A program made the translations under genes and the position numbers. A stretch of DNA of 64,000 nucleotides from an uncultured delta proteobacterium. Lineage in GTDB: Bacteria > Desulfobacterota > Binatia > UBA9968. The stretch is from NCBI GenBank assembly GCA_963745835.1, contig CAVUZH010000015.1, positions 129,795 through 193,794 of the forward strand, in the 5' to 3' direction. The notes below the pieces were generated by a model, which was not told the origin of the DNA, searched no databases, and saw only the letters and a program-made list of their open reading frames with translations. Positions 1 through 9,572 of the stretch are shown here, in pieces. Positions within the stretch are counted from its first letter, which is position 1. Each line of letters begins with the position of its first letter.

Positions 1-20
1 ATGTAGCGTTAGCCGAACAC

Positions 21-587
21 TTAGTCGACTCGGTTAAATTTTTCCATTGCGCGCTGCCCGCCTTCTTGAATAATGAACAATGCTGCTTTGGCGGCGCGGG
101 CAACAAGCGCATCCAATTGGTCGACCTCCTCTGGAAAAAAGGGTTCCAATACAAAATCCGCTGGCTCAACGCCCTCTGGTGGCCGTCCGATCCCTACTCG
201 AACGCGGTAGAATGGCGCCCCTGCCAGGCTTTCCATGATCGACATCGCGCCTCGATGACCAGCAGCACTACCCTTTTGTCGAACGCGTATGCGACCAAAC
301 GGTAAATCCAATTCGTCGTATATAACGACCAGGTTTTCGGGTGAAGATCGAGTGTCTTTGAGCAGTGCTTTGACAGCCCGACCACTTAAATTCATGTAAG
401 TCTGAGGCTTGGCAAGTAATATCCGTTCACCCATAACGATCAACTCACCTACCAGTGAATCACAAGCTCTTTTCTTGATCGCAACCCTATTCTGTTCAGC
501 TATATCATCGACGACGCGAAACCCTATATTATGTCGGGTTTGATCGTACTTCCTACCCGGATTTCCCAGCCCAACTATCAACTTCAC
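21..587 (-). CDS. pth: peptidyl-tRNA hydrolase
   Basis: 188-aa ORF with the N-terminal LIVGLGNPG..Y..TRHNIGF motif and overall Pth layout. GTG start. Lies in the conserved pth-ctc-prs block. Confidence 0.93.
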   Translation of the reverse strand: MKLIVGLGNPGRKYDQTRHNIGFRVVDDIAEQNRVAIKKRACDSLVGELIVMGERILLAKPQTYMNLSGRAVKALLKDTRSSPENLVVIYDELDLPFGRIRVRQKGSAAGHRGAMSIMESLAGAPFYRVRVGIGRPPEGVEPADFVLEPFFPEEVDQLDALVARAAKAALFIIQEGGQRAMEKFNRVD

Positions 588-625
588 ACGTCGGTTCTAA
601 TCCGTGAAAATCTTCCAGGTAGCAA

Positions 626-1267
626 TTAGGCCTCTTCCTTTTTTTCCTCCGGAGATGCTACCGGCGCCACTTCCGCTGTCGCAGCAGCCGCGGTCGGCTC
701 CTCCTCCACAGTGGGTGTCGCGACGGTTACTAGGGCAAAATTTGACTCGTAAACAGCCGTGACGCCCTCCGGCATCGGCAAATCTTCTATATGAACGGAA
801 TCTCCGATATCCAGCCCACTGACGTCTACGTTGAAGAACTGAGGGATATCCAGCGGCAAACATTCCACTTGAATCTCGCGCACGATGGGTTGGAGTATCC
901 CGCCTCGCACAACCCCTGCGCCCTTGCCGACGAAGTGAAGAGGCACACTGACTTCAATTCTTGCTGAGAGATCGACCTCATAGAAATCAGCGTGAATCAC
1001 ATCCCCGGTAATTGGGTGGTATTGCATCTCCTTCACCAAAGCGACTTTGTCAGCAAGCGCGCTGGAAGCCGATTTCAATCGAACTAAATGCGACCCCTCG
1101 AATCCGGCAACTCGACTCGAAAAGTCTTTCCGGTTTAGCTCCATTGCAAGTGGTTGAACTTTCGGTCCATAAAGCACCGCAGGGATCTTTCCTTCCCGCC
1201 GCAACCGCCGGGCTTGGTGCTTGCTTCCCGGTTCGCGGGCGTTGACTTCAATATCTAAAGTTTCCAA
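626..1267 (-). CDS. rplY: 50S ribosomal protein L25 / general stress protein Ctc
   Basis: 213-aa ORF with an N-terminal L25 fold signature (R..GK.PAVLYG) and an acidic/Ala-Pro-rich Ctc-type tail. TTG start preceded by GGAGG. Positioned between prs and pth. Confidence 0.9.
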   Translation of the reverse strand: METLDIEVNAREPGSKHQARRLRREGKIPAVLYGPKVQPLAMELNRKDFSSRVAGFEGSHLVRLKSASSALADKVALVKEMQYHPITGDVIHADFYEVDLSARIEVSVPLHFVGKGAGVVRGGILQPIVREIQVECLPLDIPQFFNVDVSGLDIGDSVHIEDLPMPEGVTAVYESNFALVTVATPTVEEEPTAAAATAEVAPVASPEEKKEEA

Positions 1268-1292
1268 GAAACTAACCTCCTGTTAGATCCGG

Positions 1293-2246
1293 CTACACAA
1301 ATAAAGAACTAATGGATTCTTCCTCGTGCGTGCGCCGGATGGCTTCTCCGATGAGATGCGCGACAGATAGAACCTTCATCTTGCCGCAATGAGTTGCTTC
1401 AGATTGCAACGGAATAGTATTGGTAACGATTAGCTCCTCTAGGGCTGAATCCTGAATCCGCTGGATCGCCGGCCCGGAAAGAACCGCATGAGTGCAACAA
1501 CCGATGATTCTCTTGGCACCTTCTTTTTTCAGCGCTTCAGCGGCCATCGTTAATGTTCCAGCAGTATCCACCATATCATCGACTAAAATCGCGACCTGAT
1601 CCTGCACTTCGCCGATGATCTTCATTTCGGCGACTACATTGGGCCCTACTCGCCGCTTGTCGATAATAGCCAACGATGCGTCCAGTCGGGTTGCAATGGC
1701 CCGAGCCCGCTCAACGCCGCCCGCATCAGGAGAAATGATCGTCACTTCGTTGTGGTTCAGCTGCTTTTTAAGATGCTGGAGTAATACTGGCGTCGCATAC
1801 AAATTATCCACCGGAATGTCAAAAAAGCCTTGAATCTGGCCCGAGTGAAGATCCAATGTCAGCATTCGTGAGGCGCCCGCTGTTGTAATCAAGTCGGCCA
1901 CCAGTTTAGCGCTGATTGGAACTCGAGGGAGCACTTTCCGATCTTGGCGCGCATAACCGTAGTAAGGCATCACGGCGGTGATACGCTTCGCCGAAGCTCT
2001 CTTGAACGCATCCAGCATCAACAAGAGCTCCATTAAAAAATGATTTCCTGGCGCTGAAGTAGATTGCAAAACAAACACATCAGCGCCGCGCACATTCTCC
2101 TTAATCTCGACCTTGCTTTCGCCATCGCTGAAAGTTTCCACTGTCGCTTTTCCTAGCGGCACTGCCAGGTAATTACTAATTTCCCGGGCAAGTGGAGGAT
2201 TGGAGTTTCCGGCAAAGATCTTTATGTCGGTATTCTGCTGGCTCAT
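1293..2246 (-). CDS. prs: ribose-phosphate pyrophosphokinase
   Basis: Has DLHSGQIQGFF and the PRPP-binding loop VDDMVDTAGT. The track ORF extends to 2318, but the homologous N-terminus begins at MSQQNTDIKIFAG (ATG at 2246). Confidence 0.93.
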   Translation of the reverse strand: MSQQNTDIKIFAGNSNPPLAREISNYLAVPLGKATVETFSDGESKVEIKENVRGADVFVLQSTSAPGNHFLMELLLMLDAFKRASAKRITAVMPYYGYARQDRKVLPRVPISAKLVADLITTAGASRMLTLDLHSGQIQGFFDIPVDNLYATPVLLQHLKKQLNHNEVTIISPDAGGVERARAIATRLDASLAIIDKRRVGPNVVAEMKIIGEVQDQVAILVDDMVDTAGTLTMAAEALKKEGAKRIIGCCTHAVLSGPAIQRIQDSALEELIVTNTIPLQSEATHCGKMKVLSVAHLIGEAIRRTHEEESISSLFV

Positions 2247-2428
2247 AGTGATGAATTCCCATTTCCGCTTTTTACATACTTCCCCTACAACATCACTGAC
2301 AATACAGCACCAACACAAGAGGCGTAGAGTAAAATGAAATTGTCTACTGCCAAAACGAATTGCGCCGTTCGGCTATGAACGGCGCAACCTAAACTATGAT
2401 AATCTGTTGATGATTACAAGATTAAGAC

Positions 2429-2502
2429 TGGCTGGGCGGGAAGGATTCGAACCTTCGATACCGGATCCAAAGTCCGGGGCCTTACCGCTTGGCGACCGCC
2501 CA
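2429..2502 (-). tRNA. tRNA-Gln (anticodon UUG)
   Basis: Hand-folded 74-nt cloverleaf. Acceptor UGGGCGG/CCGCCCA with the U1:A72 pair typical of tRNA-Gln. Anticodon stem CCGGA/UCCGG with loop CUUUGGA. T-arm GAAGG-UUCGAAU-CCUUC. Encoded CCA. Confidence 0.9.
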
Positions 2503-2552
2503 ATCCGCAAACTTCTCGAGAGAAGCTAATCCGGCTTGGGGCAGAGGATCAA

Positions 2553-2840
2553 CTAACCGTTTCCTAGAGCCCTCTGGCTCCCACCCTCCGCAGCAACTTT
2601 CTCATATTCGGCGATTACTTTCTCCTCTAACATTCTACGTGTTTCGTTATTAATGGGATGCGCGATATCTTTATAGGTCCCATCTTTTCGTTTCTTACTG
2701 GGCATCGACACAAAGTATCCGGTCGTTCCTTTGATAATTTTTAAATCTCTGATCACAAAACAATGATCGAGAGTGATAGTTACGTAAGCCCTCAGCTTAT
2801 CTTCGTCGACAGGAAAGACTCTTACTTCCGTAACCTGCAT
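2553..2840 (-). CDS. spoVG: septation protein SpoVG
   Basis: 95-aa ORF starting MQVTEVRV.P...DKLRAY..ITLD.CFVIRDLKII.G..G.FV.MPS.K, the canonical SpoVG sequence. Confidence 0.92.
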   Translation of the reverse strand: MQVTEVRVFPVDEDKLRAYVTITLDHCFVIRDLKIIKGTTGYFVSMPSKKRKDGTYKDIAHPINNETRRMLEEKVIAEYEKVAAEGGSQRALGNG

Positions 2841-2914
2841 CGAGACCTCCTCTTTTGACAGGTTAACCGACTTCCTGACTTTGCTCTGATTGGGCTTTGC
2901 CTATATCGATCTCT

Positions 2915-3793
2915 TTAGATTAACAAACGCACTAGAAACGTATCTACCCCATCCTCCTTCTGCAATCGGGACAAAGCCCGTGCAGCGTTTCCTCTGGAAT
3001 CAAATAGGCCAAAAACCGCAGAGCCACTACCCGACATTAGAGCTCCGGCTGCGCCCTCCGCAATCAATTCTCTTTTCAAAGATTTTATACGGGGATATCG
3101 AGCCACAGTTACACTTTCCAAGTCATTAACTAGCAATCTTTGTTGACCAGATGACTTCCTAAGTGGTGAAATAATGCTAGTATTTGCCATAAGTTTTGTC
3201 AACTTAGCAGCGAATTTCCGGTATACCCAACTAGTCGCCACAGGAAATCCAGGGTAGACAATGATTGCCCATTCCCAGGGCAGAGATTTGATTGGCGTAA
3301 GACGTTCGCCGATACCTCTGGCGCGCGCAGGTCTACAATCGATGAAAAACGGAACATCAGCGCCTAGCCCATATGCTCGTTTCTTAAGCTGCCGTGTAGA
3401 GTAGTTGAGCCCAAAGAGAGAATTCATTGCAATGAGCGTCGCCGCCGCATCGGAACTGCCACCTCCCAATCCAGCCCCAAGGGGAATTCGTTTTTTGATG
3501 TGAATCTCTACTCTCTCCCGAATCGAGTTTTCTTCGATGATCAGGTTCGCGGCGCGGAAAACAATATTTCCTTCGTCGCTCGGCACCGCGGGATTATCAC
3601 AGGTGACAATCAACTTTGAACTGCTACTGCGCACCTCGCTGGCGGATTTAGTAATAATGTGGATCTCATCATACAGGGAAACCGGGACCATAATGGTGTC
3701 CAGCAGATGATATCCATCATCTCGTTGGCCTACCACACGTAATCCCAGATTGATTTTTGCCGGAGCTCGAATCTTCACGCTTACCGGTAGCAT
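2915..3793 (-). CDS. ispE: 4-diphosphocytidyl-2-C-methyl-D-erythritol kinase
   Basis: N-terminal APAKINLGL and the GHMP-kinase loop PLGAGLGGGSSDAAA. The start was trimmed from 3853 to the ATG at 3793 (MLPVSVKIRAPAKINL). Confidence 0.9.
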   Translation of the reverse strand: MLPVSVKIRAPAKINLGLRVVGQRDDGYHLLDTIMVPVSLYDEIHIITKSASEVRSSSSKLIVTCDNPAVPSDEGNIVFRAANLIIEENSIRERVEIHIKKRIPLGAGLGGGSSDAAATLIAMNSLFGLNYSTRQLKKRAYGLGADVPFFIDCRPARARGIGERLTPIKSLPWEWAIIVYPGFPVATSWVYRKFAAKLTKLMANTSIISPLRKSSGQQRLLVNDLESVTVARYPRIKSLKRELIAEGAAGALMSGSGSAVFGLFDSRGNAARALSRLQKEDGVDTFLVRLLI

Positions 3794-4089
3794 AAGCAAC
3801 TTGCGATAGCTAAATATTATTTTTAGATGATTGCCCAATGCAAGGCAGCGCAAGCATGGGCGCAGTGGAGAAACTTAGAGAAGTTAAAATACGTCGACGT
3901 TTGTCGCCATCTCAATCACAGTCAATTCGGGCGGACAGCTAAACAGAGAGAGGCCGGCGAATTCGACCCTCGCTCAACCGATTAGATTGAACCGCTCGTG
4001 CTATGAGGACGCGTTTTGATGTCACACGCCATCGCAGCGAGCCATTCTCACATTGACTCTGACAACTCGCAGATGTAAGAGAATTGCAG

Positions 4090-4164
4090 GCGCCCGTAGT
4101 GAAAAGGACATCACGAGGGTCTCCGGAACCCTAAGTACAGGTTCGATTCCTGTCGGGCGCACCA
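4090..4164 (+). tRNA. tRNA-Arg (anticodon CCG)
   Basis: Hand-folded 75-nt cloverleaf. Acceptor GCGCCCG/CGGGCGC. Anticodon stem AGGGU/ACCCU with loop CUCCGGA. T-arm ACAGG-UUCGAUU-CCUGU. Encoded CCA. Confidence 0.9.
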
Positions 4165-4269
4165 GCTACGGTTGTGGGCTAAACTGGACGTGTGTTTGGC
4201 TATTGCGGCGCAAGCACGTCACGCATCACTGACATTAAGACGATTATCGTGGGCGTCGCACGGAAGGAT

Positions 4270-4902
4270 CTAGTTCAGCCCGGGAGTGAGATTACTATAG
4301 AGTTCCTGAAGTCCATCCAGTTGAGTTTTGATTTTGTCCCGAAGGGATGAGCGGAGCTCGGTTATTTCACCAAGGAGGCGCGTATTTTCCTCGCGCAAGC
4401 TCGTGAGTTTGTCTTCGAATTCGGATTGCTTCGCTTCCAAATCTTGTAGCGCGACGGATGCTCGAGCATTCGCCGCGTTCTCGATTTCGGATTTTGCCAG
4501 CTGTTCGGTTAGCTGTGCTTTTTCTTTCTGAAGATTCTCAACTTCATGTTCAAACGCGCGGAGTTTCGCTAGTTCCTGCTCGAGGGAAGCCATTTCACTC
4601 TCGCGACTGCTCTGTTGACTGCTGAGTTCAGCTAATCGGCGCTGCAAAAGTGCATTGTCTGTTTCTAATTCGCCGATTCGTTGCGAACTACGCTCGGCAC
4701 TTGCCTCCGCCTCCTGTAGATCCAAATGGTTAGCCGTAGCTTTTTGCGTGTAGTCAGCAACTTCGTTGAAGGCTTCAGCGTGCTCGCTTTTTAATGCTTC
4801 GATCTTTTGCTCTAGCTGCGCGGCGTGTTCGAACTGGAGGGTGGGCGAAGTACTTTCGTTGGGCTCATTAACTGCCGCCGGCGAAGGTGCTTCTTGAGTG
4901 CT
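4270..4902 (-). CDS. coiled-coil protein (C-terminal frame; no canonical start in this frame upstream of the TTG at 4725)
   Basis: Heptad-rich, Glu/Leu/Gln-rich translation (…LEQKIEALKSEH…LQRRLAELSSQQ…LQKEKAQLTEQL…). The frame is open from 4902 to the stop at 4270, but the only start-like codon is the TTG at 4725. It probably continues from the membrane-anchor frame at 4812..5000. Confidence 0.5.
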   Translation of the reverse strand, partial: STQEAPSPAAVNEPNESTSPTLQFEHAAQLEQKIEALKSEHAEAFNEVADYTQKATANHLDLQEAEASAERSSQRIGELETDNALLQRRLAELSSQQSSRESEMASLEQELAKLRAFEHEVENLQKEKAQLTEQLAKSEIENAANARASVALQDLEAKQSEFEDKLTSLREENTRLLGEITELRSSLRDKIKTQLDGLQELYSNLTPGLN

Positions 4903-5000
4903 TCATCCTTGTCATGCTTCGCAGCAGGATCGGAGTTCCACAGATAGACGATGAGGGCCAGGAAGGCCACGCCACTGAAAACAGCGATCAATGTTTCCAT
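4812..5000 (-). CDS. putative N-terminal membrane anchor, probably the frameshifted 5' part of the coiled-coil gene
   Basis: METLIAVFSGVAFLALIVYLW is a clear transmembrane helix. This frame then runs into an Arg/Ser/Pro-rich tail. The neighbouring frame carries a Pro/Ser linker leading into the coiled coil. Confidence 0.35.
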   Translation of the reverse strand: METLIAVFSGVAFLALIVYLWNSDPAAKHDKDEALKKHLRRRQLMSPTKVLRPPSSSNTPRS

Positions 5001-5360
5001 TTGCAATCGACCTATCCTAATTAGACGATGCTTGCATTCCAGTTCTAAGGTTTCGATTCGCGCCAAGATCAAAGGATCGGGACTGCTGGAAAACGACATG
5101 CGATTTGCAGTTCAACCCGGCCGTCTCCCAAGTTTCCAAGTCTCTCGTTCCATGCAGTCAGAACCGAATACTTTCTTGTGCTCATCGAGTCGATTGCGCA
5201 GCGTAGAGCGTTTCCGACCTGGTTGACACGAGGCATCAACGCCTCCTAGTCTCGCCTGGACCGAGCGCCCAAACGTTTATCTCACCTGACTAGGGGGGTA
5301 ACAAAATTCAGTCGAGCAACGCCGGCAGCATAATCTACTCCCCAGTCTGGGGACTCTGTG

Positions 5361-5582
5361 TCACTTTACAGCGGCTAGTCTGCTAACCTGATCGTCGGTA
5401 TCGCTGTCCGACAGATTGATGGGCTTACTGGAGACTAATTCGAGTACATCGCTTCGGCTGAATCTCCAACTCCGCCCTATACGGTTACCGGGAATGACTC
5501 CCTTCTCCGCCAGCTTATAGACAGTCTTCAGGTGGATTTTCAGTAAATTTGCAACCTCAGAGGGGGTCATTATCTCTTCCAT
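5361..5582 (-). CDS. excisionase-family (HTH_17 / MerR-like) helix-turn-helix DNA-binding protein
   Basis: MTPSEVANLLKIHLKTVYKLAEKGVIPGNRIGRSWRFSRSDVLELV matches the small excisionase-type HTH pattern. The longer TTG-initiated version to 5762 has no recognisable content. Confidence 0.75.
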   Translation of the reverse strand: MEEIMTPSEVANLLKIHLKTVYKLAEKGVIPGNRIGRSWRFSRSDVLELVSSKPINLSDSDTDDQVSRLAAVK

Positions 5583-5882
5583 CCGTAGTTCTCCTTCCGA
5601 ATTTTTTCGCGAGTTCAGTAATGCCATGGAGCACAAGGCATGCCAGAGAAGTCGAGCCACAGGCTCACCGGCGTAAGGATGGATAATTCCAAATAATTCC
5701 TCTAGTAGGCGGGGAACGCTAGGCAGGGGCAACAGGCGCTGAGAATCTCTGGCTATGGACAATATTGACCAAATATTACAATTTTCGTCTACTCGAGATT
5801 CTCCGAGAACGGATAAGACTGCATTAAATACGGAAGGTGTGAGGGATGCGCGATACTGAGGTTGAGTTCAGTCCGCTCAGGA

Positions 5883-7376
5883 TCAAACGGGTCGCGCGCG
5901 CGTTCGCGTATAGCGACCTTCGATCTCGCCCAGCTCCTTCGCCCATTTTGCGGAGTATTCTTTACGGGTTTCGTCGCTGATCGCGCTGGTTGCTGGAAAA
6001 CGATCACGCCACTCGTAAGGCCGCACTGCTTCAATGATCATGCGCGAGTTATGTCCCTTTTGGCCCGGCTGAATGATCGGATCGAGGGGACCACTCCATG
6101 TGCGGCGCAGGATGTCGACCGAGGTTGCCGGGTCGGAGCGAGTAGCTATGGCCCAGACAACTTCATTTATGTTTGTAATATCGATGTCCTCATCGACGAC
6201 AATCACGTACCGACCGAGGTAGGCACCCGCATGACATTGCGATGCCACCAAGGCAGCTTGCTTTGCATGGCCTGGATAGCGTTGCTTAATCGCTACAACA
6301 ATCATGAAGCGCTGCGCCGGCGGCGGTAGATAGACACCACGAATATCGGGCACGCCGGCTTGCTCCATCCCGTTCCATACTGTAGCGGCGCGCAAACAGG
6401 AACGATACATGCCATGAATTGTCGGTTTGAAAGGAGCGGCACCGCAAATGATCGGGTCATTTCGATAATATAACGCCTTAACGCGCACAAACGGCTCGGC
6501 GCGGCGAGCGCTAGCGTAATAACCAGGCCATTCGCCAAACGGACCTTCCGGGAGCATTTCCCCGGGGACAATTTCGCCTTCGATCGCAATTTCCGCCGAT
6601 GCCGGGAAATGGAGTCCAGTGAGAGGCCCCTTGATAACGTCGATGGGCTGCCCCAGGATCCCGCCCGTCCAGTCATATTCATTAACGCCGAAGGGCACGG
6701 CCTGGGACGCTGCTATGAATAGCAATGGATGTTGCCCAAACACCATGGCAACCGGAAATGATTTACCGGCTTTCATCGCCTTCTCATAGTGCATTCGTCC
6801 ATGTTTACCCGGCGAGATATAAAGTCCGACCTTGTCCTTATCCTGAAGCATGACGCGGTAACAGCCGACGTTTTCCAGCCCAGTCTCCGGATCACGAGTA
6901 ATCACGAGATGCGCCGTTCCCAAATAGCGCCCCCCGTCGCCCTCGTGCCAGCGCGGCACAGGAAATCTGAACAAATCAACTTGGTCTCCGCGTTCAACAT
7001 TTTCCATTACAGCGCCAGTGGAGACGACATTTGGTTTGATCGGTTGAAGCGCTCGAAGCCTTGCCCGCAGAGCATCGATTAAGGGTATCGTGTTGAGGTC
7101 AATCGGCAGATTCAGAGTCACCGCGGTGCGTTCCAAGCTCTCCAGCATATTGGCAAGAACTCGGCAATTCGGCTCGTAACCGGGAACAGAATCGAACATG
7201 ACGGCCGGCGGCGTAGGCATTCGCTCGAGTATAATCTCGGTAAGCGCGCCGAGTTCCACATCCCAGTGAGCGCCAGAGATGCTCGCCAATTGTCCCGCGG
7301 CTTCCACTTCTCTGAGCCAATCGCGCAGATCGCAGGCGGCAACGCTTTGAGTTTTGCTGGCCAGTGCAGTAGACAT
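5883..7376 (-). CDS. UbiD-family (prenyl-FMN dependent) aromatic-acid decarboxylase
   Basis: 497 aa. Has N-terminal DLRDWLREVEAAGQL, GGRYLGT, YRVMLQDKDKVGLYISPGKHG and PEGPFGEWPGYY, all characteristic UbiD-family blocks. Confidence 0.9.
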   Translation of the reverse strand: MSTALASKTQSVAACDLRDWLREVEAAGQLASISGAHWDVELGALTEIILERMPTPPAVMFDSVPGYEPNCRVLANMLESLERTAVTLNLPIDLNTIPLIDALRARLRALQPIKPNVVSTGAVMENVERGDQVDLFRFPVPRWHEGDGGRYLGTAHLVITRDPETGLENVGCYRVMLQDKDKVGLYISPGKHGRMHYEKAMKAGKSFPVAMVFGQHPLLFIAASQAVPFGVNEYDWTGGILGQPIDVIKGPLTGLHFPASAEIAIEGEIVPGEMLPEGPFGEWPGYYASARRAEPFVRVKALYYRNDPIICGAAPFKPTIHGMYRSCLRAATVWNGMEQAGVPDIRGVYLPPPAQRFMIVVAIKQRYPGHAKQAALVASQCHAGAYLGRYVIVVDEDIDITNINEVVWAIATRSDPATSVDILRRTWSGPLDPIIQPGQKGHNSRMIIEAVRPYEWRDRFPATSAISDETRKEYSAKWAKELGEIEGRYTRTRARPV

Positions 7377-7407
7377 CGAGGACTTCCTTTCGTTCCGGTT
7401 GTGAAAC

Positions 7408-8412
7408 TCATTCGAAGAGTTTCAAAGTACTAGGACAGAACAACTCATCAGGCGCAATTTGCTTCGCGCTGATGCCTTGTGCATAGCAGTAGGCGAGAAA
7501 CTTATCGATCACGTGCCGATTCGCCTCCAAGCCGTACTCCCAGGGATCGGTTTGAAAAATCTTTTCTTCTTCAGACAAATAATGATTCGGCCAAGCCTCA
7601 ACCAAACTGGGAATCGTCCTCCGCCACTGCTGTGCCCAGCGTTTGGCATGTGAGTAAAGGCGAAAAAGGTTCTCCGGCAGTTCCGGATGCTGATCAGCCA
7701 AATCCTTTCGCAATGCGACAACATGCATAATCGGGAAAATTCTCGTCTTCCGGAAGTAGCTGGCCTCCACCTCCCGCGGATTATTGAATAATCGGCCGAC
7801 TGCGTCATTCGCTAGCAACGTTGGCAGCTGCGACTCTGTTACTCCGAGGGCGTCAACTTCGCCGTCGAACAATGCGCGACAAGCGCTCTCGGATGCATTC
7901 TTTCCCGTGCTTTCGATCCGATGAATAATCGAACCGTCGCGCGGCTGGACTGTGGCACCGGGATCTACATCGTCCCAATGATGCATTGAAGCAATACACC
8001 ATTTAGTGGCAGAGGCCGAAACACCGTATTCATCGATAAGCATGCCGCGCATCCATATCGCCGCTGTTTGCACCCAGCGTAGAAATCCTACTCTTTTGCC
8101 GCTCAGATCACCTGGACTGTTCACCCCGGCAGAGCGGCGGCAAAATATAAATCCATGCCGAAACATTCTGGAGGGAAAGACCGGAATGCCGATGAATTCA
8201 GCTTTGGATCGTGAAGTATAGTAAATCAGCTCGCCCAGCGACATTTCGCCAACGTCATACTGACCTTTGAACATTCCGGCGAACATACCAGCGACATCGC
8301 TCGTCTCGGTAATGTGCAGCTCAAATCCCGGAACCTGCATTTGGCCGCGCACGATCGGCAGAATGCCATCGTAAGTGCGACTCGCGAGCCTAATGCTTGT
8401 TGTAGAAGCCAT
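7408..8412 (-). CDS. 4,5-dihydroxyphthalate decarboxylase-like (PhtD / NMT1-type periplasmic-binding fold) protein
   Basis: 334 aa. The blocks YDV.EMSL, IPVFPSRMFRH and DLSGKRVG..W.QTAAIWMRG.L..EYGV fit my recollection of the PhtD family. Confidence 0.78.
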   Translation of the reverse strand: MASTTSIRLASRTYDGILPIVRGQMQVPGFELHITETSDVAGMFAGMFKGQYDVGEMSLGELIYYTSRSKAEFIGIPVFPSRMFRHGFIFCRRSAGVNSPGDLSGKRVGFLRWVQTAAIWMRGMLIDEYGVSASATKWCIASMHHWDDVDPGATVQPRDGSIIHRIESTGKNASESACRALFDGEVDALGVTESQLPTLLANDAVGRLFNNPREVEASYFRKTRIFPIMHVVALRKDLADQHPELPENLFRLYSHAKRWAQQWRRTIPSLVEAWPNHYLSEEEKIFQTDPWEYGLEANRHVIDKFLAYCYAQGISAKQIAPDELFCPSTLKLFE

Positions 8413-8537
8413 TCAGTTAACCAGGTGGAGTTAGTTCATAATTATCTTTAGTGACTACCGCTGCGCAGAAGTCGCCGGCACTCTCTAGGAACGAACGTCG
8501 GATGAAGTTCATGCTCCATGAGAACTAAGAATGTACT

Positions 8538-9554
8538 TCATTCAGTATTCTTGCTGCCGTTGCCGAACTCTTCGCGATAGAGTTGCAGTGTTTCCATCAC
8601 CGGACGGTCATTAATCGAAAAAAGAATCGCTTCTTCTTCGAATGGGTTTTCGTGTGAATGCCACTGCCAAAGCGGGATCACGAAAGAATCGCCTTTTTTC
8701 CATTCGAGATGACTTTCTCCTACGGCACTCCGGCCCCGGCCTTTAAAAACATGGTAAACTGTCGTGCTCGTATGCCTATGTGAGTTGGTTATGCATTTCG
8801 GCTTGAAAAGCTGTATCTCACACGACATCGTTGGATAAGTATACCCGCCCGTGGCGGGATTGATGTAACGCAGCAAAGTTCCATCGTATGGATCCTGCTC
8901 GCTTCTGCTCAGGAGTTTGAGCGTTTTGTAGGTATCCTGCCATGCATACCGGAAGGGAACACCGCGAGATTGCGTGTTATTCAGTTTCGGCGCGCGCGCA
9001 AAGCCTAGACGGCTCAGCGATTCGCCGGTTGCGCGTGTGATCGGTAGTTCGGGTTTTTCGGACTCCTCGAAGAACAGAACGTTCAGCGCTTGGATCAATG
9101 GGCCGTCCAAGCCGTCGAGCCAGATGATTGGATCTTCTGACTCGTTGTGATGCTCGTGCCAGGTCCAGTTGGGTGTCAGAACCAAATCACCCTCTTCCAT
9201 AGGAAATTTTTCACCCTGAACCGCGGTATAAGCACCCTTCCCTTGGACAACGAAGCGGATCGCAGCCATGTTATGGCGATGCGCTCTCGCGACTTCTCCC
9301 GGATTGACGATCGAGAATGTGAGCTGCACGGTGTGAGAGGTCGATTTGTTTGGTACGTGCGGGCTTACCAGCCGAATGGCGCGACGCTCCGCCTGCTCGA
9401 TCCCGATCGTCTCGCTTGCCTTCAACAAGCCATCCAGCAGCGCCTCCCATTTCCAGAGGTACGGCGCTTCCGCGGAATGACCTGGAACACGCGTATTCCA
9501 GAAGCCGGCTAGTTGGTTTTTTGCTAACTGGCCGTCTAACTCGGCTAGTTTCAT
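8538..9554 (-). CDS. gentisate 1,2-dioxygenase-like bicupin ring-cleavage dioxygenase
   Basis: 338 aa. First cupin AHRHNMAAIRFVVQGKGAYTAVQGEKF.MEEGDLVLTPNWTWHEHHN…WLDGLDGPL. Second cupin with HRHTSTTVYHV.KG.G. Confidence 0.85.
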   Translation of the reverse strand: MKLAELDGQLAKNQLAGFWNTRVPGHSAEAPYLWKWEALLDGLLKASETIGIEQAERRAIRLVSPHVPNKSTSHTVQLTFSIVNPGEVARAHRHNMAAIRFVVQGKGAYTAVQGEKFPMEEGDLVLTPNWTWHEHHNESEDPIIWLDGLDGPLIQALNVLFFEESEKPELPITRATGESLSRLGFARAPKLNNTQSRGVPFRYAWQDTYKTLKLLSRSEQDPYDGTLLRYINPATGGYTYPTMSCEIQLFKPKCITNSHRHTSTTVYHVFKGRGRSAVGESHLEWKKGDSFVIPLWQWHSHENPFEEEAILFSINDRPVMETLQLYREEFGNGSKNTE

Positions 9555-9572
9555 AAGATTCTCCTGAGTGGT

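Noticed and set aside
5340-5352. Palindrome CCCCAGTCTGGGG just after the HTH gene stop
   Set aside because: It can form only a 5-bp stem and has no following U-run, so it is not a convincing terminator. A single occurrence is too short to call a protein-binding site.
4090-5762. Integrated element at tRNA-Arg
   Set aside because: No integrase gene, and no duplicated tRNA 3' segment was visible by eye. Only an excisionase-type HTH is present, so it is kept as a low-confidence hint in the findings rather than called a mobile element.
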